Source: Candidatus Fermentithermobacillaceae bacterium (GTDB lineage: Bacteria > Bacillota > Sulfobacillia > Fermentithermobacillales > Fermentithermobacillaceae). From it: a DNA stretch of 64,000 bases. The stretch is from assembly GCA_012840345.1 (NCBI GenBank), contig DULO01000114.1:2192-66191 (forward strand). Direction: 5' to 3'. Numbering within the stretch: position 1 is the stretch's first letter; each line of letters begins with the position of its first letter. Both the position numbers and the translations under genes were made by a program. A model generated the notes under the pieces. The model was not told where the DNA came from. It was given only the letters and a program-made list of their open reading frames with translations, and searched no databases. This document shows positions 1 through 7,313 of the stretch, one piece after another.

Positions 1-37
1 CAGGGAGGCGTTTTTGTAGGTTCGGGGGGTGTCACCC

Positions 38-787
38 ATGATTGAGGTGCGGAATCTTTCAGTGACCTTTCTTTCGCCTTCGGGCGAAGTGGAGGCTCTT
101 TGCGATGTTTCCTTAACGATATCTGACGGGGAGATCGTGGCCATATGCGGTCCTTCCGGGGCGGGTAAGACCACACTGTTGCGGTGCCTGTCAATGCTGC
201 AGCCGCCCAGTTCCGGGCGAATACTGGTGGACGGGGAAGATGTGTCATCCCGTTCAGCGGGCGATCTCAGTCAGGCACGCCGGAAGATCGGTATGGTCTT
301 TCAGGGGTTTAACCTTCTCCGGTCTCGAACCGCCTTGCAGAATGTGATGCTCCCTCTTGAGATCCGTAAGGTCCCTCGCAAGGAGGCAATCCAAAAAGCA
401 GAGGAATACTTGGAACTTGTCCATATGAGCCACAGGCGAGACTTCTACCCGGAGGACCTCTCAGGAGGAGAGAAGCAGCGGGTATCTATCGCCAGGGCTT
501 TGGTAACCGAGCCTCGCGTGCTGATTCTGGATGAGCCCACCTCAGCGCTCGACCCCGAGACCGCTGCTTCGATAGTCCAATCACTCAAGGAAATCAACCG
601 TGCCAGGAACATCACGATACTGGTAGTCACCCATCAGATAGACGTGCTTGCTCCTATCTGTGACCGGATTACGTACCTCCGGAACGGAAGGCTGACAGAG
701 GGAACGGAGAAGCCTGAGGTAGGTTTCGGCAAGACGGCGTCCTCCGCGCCATCCGCGACTACGGTAGCTGTGGGGGGCGATGCCTGA
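38..787 (+). CDS. metN: methionine-type ABC transporter ATP-binding subunit (short form)
   Basis: Walker A GPSGAGKTT, ABC signature LSGGEKQR, Walker B LILDEPTSALD, H-loop VVTHQ. MetI- and MetQ-like genes follow. The ORF opens at GTG 29; ATG 38 gives the usual MIEV.NLS N-terminus. Confidence 0.85.
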   Translation: MIEVRNLSVTFLSPSGEVEALCDVSLTISDGEIVAICGPSGAGKTTLLRCLSMLQPPSSGRILVDGEDVSSRSAGDLSQARRKIGMVFQGFNLLRSRTALQNVMLPLEIRKVPRKEAIQKAEEYLELVHMSHRRDFYPEDLSGGEKQRVSIARALVTEPRVLILDEPTSALDPETAASIVQSLKEINRARNITILVVTHQIDVLAPICDRITYLRNGRLTEGTEKPEVGFGKTASSAPSATTVAVGGDA

Positions 788-1461
788 TGGCTTGGTTCGA
801 ATCGTTGCTCACAGGTAGAACTGGCGCGCTGCTTCTTGACGCCACCCTTGAGACTCTCGGCATGGTGCTGGTGTCCCTCGTGGGAGCGGAGGTGTTTGGG
901 CTAGTCTTGGGGACCGGGCTTATCCTCTGGCAGCCGGGAGGGCTCAAGGAGAACAAGCCTCTCTATGCGGTACTTAGCTGGGTCGTGAACATCGGCCGAT
1001 CGATTCCGTTCGTGATTCTGATGGTTTCGATCATGCCTTTTACCAAGCTCATTACCGGTACATCCATCGGCACCGTCGCGGCTATCGTGCCGCTTACTGT
1101 TTCCGCGATACCGTTCGTCGCCCGGCTTACCGAGACTGCCATGCATGGCGTGGAAATTGGCGTTATTGAGGCCTGCGTCTCGATGGGCGCCTCTTGGCAG
1201 CAGATTGTTCGATACGTTCTTGTGCCCGAATCGCTTCCGGCGTTGATAGCGGGCGCGGCTAATACGGGGATCAGCCTGATAGGATATTCAACCATGGCTG
1301 GCGCTATAGGAGGGGGTGGTCTTGGGGATCTTGCCATCAGGTACGGATATCAGCGCTGGCAACCCGACGTGATGCTGGCTTCTGTGGTGATTCTGGTTGG
1401 CATGGTCCAGGGCATGCAATTTGTCGGTGACCGTTTGGCGGCCAGATACCGGCGTCATTGA
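787..1461 (+). CDS. metI: methionine ABC transporter permease
   Basis: Multi-TM protein with an EAA-like loop (IEACVSMGASWQQIVRYVLVPESLPAL). Its start overlaps the metN stop (ATGA). Confidence 0.85.
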   Translation: MAWFESLLTGRTGALLLDATLETLGMVLVSLVGAEVFGLVLGTGLILWQPGGLKENKPLYAVLSWVVNIGRSIPFVILMVSIMPFTKLITGTSIGTVAAIVPLTVSAIPFVARLTETAMHGVEIGVIEACVSMGASWQQIVRYVLVPESLPALIAGAANTGISLIGYSTMAGAIGGGGLGDLAIRYGYQRWQPDVMLASVVILVGMVQGMQFVGDRLAARYRRH

Positions 1462-1474
1462 GTAGGCAGTCGTG

Positions 1475-1531
1475 GACAACATCGACAGCATAGACAACAC
1501 CGGCAACACCGACAGCAGCGACAGCAGTGAC
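1475..1531. repeat. imperfect 9-bp tandem repeat, about 6 copies
   Basis: gacaacatc gacagcata gacaacacc ggcaacacc gacagcagc gacagcagt gac, read directly in the metI-metQ spacer. Confidence 0.8.
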
Positions 1532-1588
1532 GCCTTCATCGCACCTTAGCAAGCCAACACACGTCTTAATAATTGGAGGAGAGACCAG

Positions 1589-2404
1589 TTGAGAACAGCG
1601 ATTACCGGAAGAACACGTTTGATCTTGGTACTAGGGCTCGTCGCTTTGCTTCTTCTTGGCGCGGCGCTTAGCGGATGCAAGAAGAGCAGCCCGATCAAGA
1701 TTGGAGCCACGTCGGTTCCCCATGCCGAAATCCTTGAGTTCGTGAAGCCCATACTGGAAGAGGAAGGCATCCAAATCGAAATCGTTGAGTTCAGCGACTA
1801 TGTGCAGCCGAACCTTCAATTGGCTGACGGTCAGCTGGCGGCTAACTTCTTCCAGCACATTCCCTACTTTGAGAGCTTCATAGCCGAACGGAACCTTGAC
1901 CTCATTTGGACGGCCAAGGTCCACATCGAACCTATGGGGGTTTATCCCGGCAAGACCAAGACCCTGGAGGACCTTGGTGATGGGGACCAGATCGGCATCC
2001 CCAATGACGTCACCAACGCGGGACGGGCCCTTGCTCTATTAGAGAAAGCCGGGCTCATCAAGCTGGCTGATGGGGTCGGAGTCAACGGTACGGTCTTGGA
2101 TATTGTGGAGAATCCGAGAAACCTTAAGATCGTCGAACTCAGCGCCGAGCTGCTTCCACGTTCGTTGGAGGATCTGGACGCGGCCGTCATCAACGGCAAC
2201 TTCGCGATCCAAGCCGGATTCTCGCCCCTAGAAGATGCTTTGTTCCTCGAGGACGGGGACTCTCCGTACGCCAACATTTTCGCCATCCGGAAAAAAGACA
2301 AGGATGACCCGGCTCTGAAGAGGATTGCTGAGGTCCTTACGAGTTCTGAGGTCAAGGAGTTCATCCTGAACAAGTACGAAGGCGGAGTAATTCCCGCGTT
2401 TTAA
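1589..2404 (+). CDS. metQ: methionine-binding lipoprotein (NlpA/MetQ family)
   Basis: Signal peptide with lipobox LSGC, then IKIGATSVPHAEILEFVKP, typical of MetQ/NlpA. TTG start 7 nt after GGAGGAG. Confidence 0.85.
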   Translation: MRTAITGRTRLILVLGLVALLLLGAALSGCKKSSPIKIGATSVPHAEILEFVKPILEEEGIQIEIVEFSDYVQPNLQLADGQLAANFFQHIPYFESFIAERNLDLIWTAKVHIEPMGVYPGKTKTLEDLGDGDQIGIPNDVTNAGRALALLEKAGLIKLADGVGVNGTVLDIVENPRNLKIVELSAELLPRSLEDLDAAVINGNFAIQAGFSPLEDALFLEDGDSPYANIFAIRKKDKDDPALKRIAEVLTSSEVKEFILNKYEGGVIPAF

Positions 2405-2411
2405 GGTCGGA

Positions 2412-2440
2412 CGGACGGAAACCGTTCCGCGTCCGGGTTT
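2412..2440 (+). terminator. possible metQ terminator hairpin
   Basis: CGGACG-GAA-ACCG-TTC-(CG)-CGTCCG stem followed by a weak GGTTTG tract. A second strong hairpin, GATGGCCGGGG-GGAA-CCCCGGCCATC, lies at 2457-2482 without a U-tract. Confidence 0.4.
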
Positions 2441-2597
2441 GAACACGTTTCACAATGATGGCCGGGGGGAACCCCGGCCATCCGCATAACAGAGGCCTAC
2501 ATACGATTTAACTCGCACCGGGTTGAACTCAAGCTTGGCTGGTTTCAAACATGGTTGCGTTTCACACACTGCCGGTCGCCCGTCGACTCAGCAATGC

Positions 2598-3126
2598 CTA
2601 CACCTTCGCGCACGGGAGTATGTCGGGGATGTCAAGAACCTCATCTTCGCCGGCACCGTACCGAATCACCAAGCCCAGCTTAACCAAGAGTCCCACGACT
2701 CCTTGGACCGTCTTCTCGTACTCCACGCCATACACTTTCTTAAACCGGTGTTCCACCTCCACTATAGCCAGCTGTTCACGCAACGACGGACGGTAATTCT
2801 TAGACTGTTGCCAAAGGATCTCGATATGATCCCACATTTCTTTTCCCTTGAGCCCGATTGCCGAGACTGTCGCAACAATCAGCAGCATGCACCCTGCTTC
2901 GGCAGGGAGACATCGAGTCCAGCCGCGGGCAACCACCTGGGTCATGAGGGTGTTTGTGAAAGCCGCCGCCGGATCCACTTGGCAGCTCGTCCGAAAACTC
3001 AGGCCGAACACCTCCAGAAACTGTCAGATTATGGGAGTTCATTCGACGCGTGGCGCCCAAGTCCTGCCACGGATGACACAATATGGGAGCACATAGAAAG
3101 AAGGCATAGACGCGTTCGCTTCCCAA
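2598..3126 (-). pseudogene. possible decayed gene remnant (family not recognised)
   Basis: No frame stays open across the roughly 750 bp between metQ and dapF. Two minus-strand ORFs in different frames overlap (2598-3011 and 2800-3126). The 137-aa frame reads like real protein (KEMWDHIEILWQQSKNYRPSLREQLAIVEVEHRFKKVYGVEYEK). The region looks locally AT-richer. Confidence 0.25.
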
Positions 3127-3229
3127 GATTTAGACTTAAAAGAGCATATGTTTCCGAAGGTCACAGTTTGGGTCGCAAGTTGGAGAGGAAGAAATCAAAG
3201 GAATTCTCGGATGGAAGGGATGCTAGCAG

Positions 3230-4108
3230 ATGGGAGCGCGCGCTAAGACAACCGGAGTGCCTTTCACCAAACTCCAAGGCCTAGGGAATGACTATCTGTA
3301 CATAGACCGTTTCTCCTATACGACCGAGCACGATTGGAACGCTTTGGCCAGGCAGATGGCGGAGAGGCATTTCGGGGCGGGTTCGGATGGGCTCATCCTC
3401 GTTGAACCCTCAGACAAAGCCGATTTCCGCATGCGGATGTTCAACTCCAATGGAGCCGAAGGCGACATGTGCGGCAACGGTCTCAGGTGTTTCGCGAGAT
3501 ACGTCTACGACAAGGGACTCACCCGCAAGACCGAGTTTGAGGTGGAGACCCGCGCGGGCATAATGCGCCCTCGCGTGAACCTCAAAGACGGCGTAATCGA
3601 GTCTATATCGGCCGATATGGGTGTGCCTCTTTTCAAGAGGTCCGAAGTGCCTCTGGCCGAGTTGGAAGGGCCTGAGCCGGTGCTGGATTTGCGGGTTGAA
3701 TCCGGTGGCCAGGTGTTCACCGGAACGGCGCTGTTCCTTGGTAACCCGCACTTTGTCATTTTCGTGGATGATGTGGCGGCCGTGGAGTTGGAGAAAGTGG
3801 GACCCGGCTTGGAGTCGCACCCCATCTTTCCCAGAAAGGCAAACATCGAGTTCATCACCGTAAAGAGCCCAACCGAGCTTGACATGCGTGTTTGGGAGCG
3901 CGGCTCGGGCATCACCTTGGCTTGCGGCACGGGAGCGTGCGCTTCTGTAGTCGCGGCGATCCTACACGGGAAGGCGGCCCGGGGAACCGAGGTTACCGTC
4001 AACCTGCCGGGCGGTCCTTTGCGGGTTGAGTGGCGCCTTGACGGCCGCGTTTGGCAGACCGGTCCCGCCGTCGAGGTATATAGCGGGGTATTCCTCCTTC
4101 AGGAGTGA
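3230..4108 (+). CDS. dapF: diaminopimelate epimerase
   Basis: GLGNDYLYID; first catalytic Cys block MFNSNGAEGDMCGNGLRCFA; second catalytic Cys block ERGSGITLACGTGACAS. Confidence 0.9.
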   Translation: MGARAKTTGVPFTKLQGLGNDYLYIDRFSYTTEHDWNALARQMAERHFGAGSDGLILVEPSDKADFRMRMFNSNGAEGDMCGNGLRCFARYVYDKGLTRKTEFEVETRAGIMRPRVNLKDGVIESISADMGVPLFKRSEVPLAELEGPEPVLDLRVESGGQVFTGTALFLGNPHFVIFVDDVAAVELEKVGPGLESHPIFPRKANIEFITVKSPTELDMRVWERGSGITLACGTGACASVVAAILHGKAARGTEVTVNLPGGPLRVEWRLDGRVWQTGPAVEVYSGVFLLQE

Positions 4109-4150
4109 TCCGCGCGGACGGCTTGCGGACAGGCAAGAACACAGAATCAG

Positions 4151-4178
4151 AGGAGGGGGCCGTTGGTGGCCCCCTCCT
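4151..4178. terminator. bidirectional terminator hairpin between convergent genes
   Basis: AGGAGGGGGCC-gttggt-GGCCCCCTCCT, a perfect 11-bp stem, between dapF (+) and the PLP enzyme gene (-). Confidence 0.6.
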
Positions 4179-4243
4179 TAATTAGTTCCGACTTCCGCCT
4201 TTAGCTCCGGCTTCCGCCGTCACTTCGGGCTACGCCGCGATTC

Positions 4244-5707
4244 CTACGAGAGGAATCCCGCGTGTTTTCCGATTATCTCCATAAGAGCCACGAGGCCCTT
4301 CACAGCCAACCGCATCTTCTCGGGGATGAGGTTGCCGTCGTCGTCGCAGGTGCCCTGGCCCGGCGAGATGAAGATGTTGCCGTCGTAGGCGATGGTCGCG
4401 ATGAGCCCCATCTGGGCGAGACCGACCTGCAGCAGGTGAGAACCGGCATACATGTCTTCGATACTGAAGATCGGGAAGCCCATGCCCTCTTTCCACGTGT
4501 CTTCGTAGTTGACCTCGACGGTCATGCTGTTGTAGGACTTGGAGATCTTGAGACCCTTCTGGAGCTTGGGATGGGCCGCCTTGAACTCCGAAGTCACGAT
4601 CTCGTACAGCTCGTCGACTTGCGAGGTGTAGAAGCCAGGATTGTCCCTGAGGTCCTTCAGCACCTGGACCTGGGTCAGGAGAGCTTCCTTGCCCGGGTCT
4701 AGCATGACGTAAGCGGCTTTGCCGTAGGACGCGGTGGTGCCGTACCTGTCTCCGTGCATGCCCAGCGCCCTGCGGATGTTGACCATCACGTCTTCCTCGC
4801 CGATGATGAGGCCGGAAGTCGCGGCTCCGGTCGCTTTGTCCATGCTGTAGACCACTACAGTGGCGCCGGTCTTGGTCGGGTTATGCCCTAGCAAGGGGAG
4901 ACCCCAAGCGTTGTCGACGACGTACGGGACGTTGAGCTTTCTCGCGAGCGCGCCGATGCCCTTTTGGAGTAGCGGGGTGCCTTCCTCGTCCTTGGCTCCG
5001 TAGCCGTATCCGGGCGTGTCGTATCCGAGGGAGGCGAAGCCTGCGAGTTCGGTTCCGACTCTGTCCGCCATCTCGGCCAGAGCATCCACCGATCCCTTGG
5101 GATCGACCTTGGTGAGCAAAGGTACGGGCCAGTACTTTATACCGTGGTTGGGGTATTCGGCACCGGCGAGAGGCACGACCACGACGTCCAGATTGTCAAG
5201 TCGTTTGCCGGAGAAACCAAACTCGCCCGCGGTTGAACCTCTTTCCGAAATGAACTCCTTGTACTTGGGCGGGTAGGGCCTGCCGTAGCCGCCCTGGTGG
5301 TGCATATGTTTCTCCAGCGGGACTATGTACCTGCTCCGGTACTTGTCGCCGCGTCCGGTGAAAGGAGGCGAGAACAGCGTGTCATAAGTGACCCACAGCG
5401 CGCCTTCGCAGGTGTTTACCGGGCACACATCGTAACCGTCGCCGTAGACATCCTTAACGATTTCCCTAATCTCATCAACCAACCGGGCTAGAGGGATGAC
5501 CTTGGTTGCTCCCTTTTCAGAGGCCTCCAGAACGTTCCTGCGCATGGGGGCCGGGCACCCCGAAATGGCTCCCGTAAGTCCAAGGTTGCCTTTTAGGTCG
5601 CCCGTGATGCCCAGGCTTTCGGCCGCTTCCTTGGCTTCGGCGTAGATCTTGGGGGTGACGGCCTGAAGGTGTTTGTACATCTGGAATTTGTACTTGAACT
5701 CCGGCAC
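4244..5707 (-). CDS. fold-type-I PLP-dependent enzyme, SelA-like
   Basis: Lysine block VVYSMDKATGAATSGLIIGEED has the same pattern as the SelA/DgaE PLP-lysine block (S.DK..GG...G.I.G). 487 aa. Substrate unknown. Confidence 0.55.
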   Translation of the reverse strand: MPEFKYKFQMYKHLQAVTPKIYAEAKEAAESLGITGDLKGNLGLTGAISGCPAPMRRNVLEASEKGATKVIPLARLVDEIREIVKDVYGDGYDVCPVNTCEGALWVTYDTLFSPPFTGRGDKYRSRYIVPLEKHMHHQGGYGRPYPPKYKEFISERGSTAGEFGFSGKRLDNLDVVVVPLAGAEYPNHGIKYWPVPLLTKVDPKGSVDALAEMADRVGTELAGFASLGYDTPGYGYGAKDEEGTPLLQKGIGALARKLNVPYVVDNAWGLPLLGHNPTKTGATVVVYSMDKATGAATSGLIIGEEDVMVNIRRALGMHGDRYGTTASYGKAAYVMLDPGKEALLTQVQVLKDLRDNPGFYTSQVDELYEIVTSEFKAAHPKLQKGLKISKSYNSMTVEVNYEDTWKEGMGFPIFSIEDMYAGSHLLQVGLAQMGLIATIAYDGNIFISPGQGTCDDDGNLIPEKMRLAVKGLVALMEIIGKHAGFLS

Positions 5708-5744
5708 TGTTTGAAACCTCCTTATTTAGTCCTTCCTGATGGCC

Positions 5745-6179
5745 CTAGTCGACCATGCGGAACAAGACTTCCATACCTACCTGGAGCCCTCTCTCTTCTC
5801 CGGACACCAGGCTTCCTCCGACCACAACGTTCATGTGGTTTGGAGCGTGACTGAGATCGAAACCCGCGAGATGGCCTACTACCTGACCGCCAATGACGAC
5901 CTGGTCGCCTCGTACCAGGACTCCGCCGTTATGGAACTCAACGAACGCCACGTACGCAACCCGGCCCACATTGGAACCGGGCGCCGCTTCCTCATCGGTG
6001 GCAATTAGCTCATGGATATCGCCTCTTAGCACAACCCGGGACGGTTGCGGGATCAAACCAAGGTTTCTATCCTGGAGGGTACCACGAAGTACGGCAACGA
6101 CGGTGCCGTGGAGATCGTTTTTTGAGGCGTAAGCGTTGACGGCAAACTTTTTTCGAACATAGGGATCTTCTGTTGTCAC
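5745..6179 (-). CDS. small protein, possibly a PTS-IIA(gut)-like beta-barrel
   Basis: 144 aa, co-directional with and 37 nt upstream of the PLP enzyme gene. GDQVVIGGQVVGHLAGFDLSHAPNHMNVVV loosely recalls the glucitol IIA fold signature. The family call is tentative. Confidence 0.3.
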   Translation of the reverse strand: MTTEDPYVRKKFAVNAYASKNDLHGTVVAVLRGTLQDRNLGLIPQPSRVVLRGDIHELIATDEEAAPGSNVGRVAYVAFVEFHNGGVLVRGDQVVIGGQVVGHLAGFDLSHAPNHMNVVVGGSLVSGEERGLQVGMEVLFRMVD

Positions 6180-6198
6180 CGATGGCCCCCCTCATCAT

Positions 6199-6309
6199 GG
6201 ATGAGCAGGATCAATATATCACACATCTCGTACGAAACTCAACAAGAGTGGATCCTGTGTGATTTGGATGATATTATTTATTAGACCTGTTCAGCAATGA
6301 TGAGCAGAT
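6199..6309. promoter_or_regulatory. divergent control region with repeated motifs (candidate operator sites)
   Basis: Direct repeat GATGAGCAG at 6200-6208 and 6299-6307. Inverted repeat ATCACACA (6218-6225) / TGTGTGAT (6256-6263). AT-rich stretch at 6265-6285. Confidence 0.35.
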
Positions 6310-6336
6310 ACTCGATCGGTGAGGTGAACGGTCACG

Positions 6337-7080
6337 ATGTACGTGTCGGAGCACGACGACCTGTTTGAAGCTCTTGCAGCGGTCGCGGAATCCAAAACGC
6401 CGTTGGGCGCTTGGAACTTAAGGAAAATATTCAGCGGGAAAGGTATTCATGTTTCTGAAGCAACGTGTGGAAGACTGCTCCGTACGATTGAAGACGCCGG
6501 TTACGTCGAATCCCAAGGACGCCGCGGCCGGGTAATAACCAACAAAGGCTTAAAAGCCTTGGAAGAGTGGCGTCAGAGGCAGGTAAGGTACAAATCACAA
6601 ATGGCGTTTGCCCAGAGCCTCCAGATAAAAGGGGCCTCCGAGCTCAAAGACGTCTTAGTTGCCCGAAAAGCGATAGAATCCGAGACTGCCTATCTGGCTG
6701 CCACTCATGCCACAGATGAGGATATAGAGAGACTTCAAAGCATCATAGAGGAGCATAAGAAAGCATACGCCACGGGCGTTCCCGCCACAGACGAAAACGC
6801 CGCTTTCCACCGCGCGGTCGCTTTCGCCGGGAAAAACAAGGTGTTGGCGGCGGCCGTCGACATCATCTACCGGCACCCTGACGTGCTGAGGGCGCTCGAG
6901 TACATCAGAAACCAAGTTGGCTCGGTACTAGTGGAAGACCATGTGCCTATTTTGGACCGCATTATCGCGAGAGACCCAGAAGGAGCCAAGCGAGAGATGC
7001 TCGCGCACATCGAGAACGTCATCAAAGACGTGGACACTTACTGGAGGGAGTGGATGAGCCCGTCGGGCGAACAAGAATGA
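6337..7080 (+). CDS. GntR/FadR-family transcriptional regulator (wHTH + FCD-like domain)
   Basis: N-terminal winged-helix-like region (SEATCGRLLRTIEDAGYVESQGRRGRVIT). The C-terminal helical domain has the FCD-type block AAFHRAVAFAGKNKVL. Confidence 0.65.
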   Translation: MYVSEHDDLFEALAAVAESKTPLGAWNLRKIFSGKGIHVSEATCGRLLRTIEDAGYVESQGRRGRVITNKGLKALEEWRQRQVRYKSQMAFAQSLQIKGASELKDVLVARKAIESETAYLAATHATDEDIERLQSIIEEHKKAYATGVPATDENAAFHRAVAFAGKNKVLAAAVDIIYRHPDVLRALEYIRNQVGSVLVEDHVPILDRIIARDPEGAKREMLAHIENVIKDVDTYWREWMSPSGEQE

Positions 7081-7313
7081 GCGTGAAAGACAGAATCATT
7101 GACGCTTGCGACATTGAGACCTTCCTGGTCTGCGATGGTGTTGAGGAAGGCAAGAAACTTGGGCTGAGGCTCATGGCCGAACTGGGCTTCTCCGACGCGG
7201 ATGTCGTTTTCTGCGAGGAAGGCGGCTCAGGTGTGCGAATACGCCTTCGGGCTTATGTTCACAGGCCGGCCAGCGTTTATAGATGGCACAGCCGTGGAGG
7301 TGAACCGTCTTGA
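7077..7313 (+). CDS. small hypothetical protein (78 aa), coupled at both ends
   Basis: Its ATG overlaps the regulator stop (ATGA). Its stop overlaps the TTG start of the mutase-like gene (TTGA). No recognisable motif. Confidence 0.4.
   Translation: MSVKDRIIDACDIETFLVCDGVEEGKKLGLRLMAELGFSDADVVFCEEGGSGVRIRLRAYVHRPASVYRWHSRGGEPS

Noticed and set aside
794-803. GGTTCGAATC, identical to a tRNA T-arm consensus
   Set aside because: It lies inside the metI coding frame (MAWFESLL). No acceptor, D or anticodon stems can be drawn around it.
2523-3284. 253-aa plus-strand ORF filling the metQ-dapF gap
   Set aside because: The translation is rich in Arg, His, Ser and Cys with no motifs, it overlaps the real dapF start, and it looks like a chance frame over decayed sequence.
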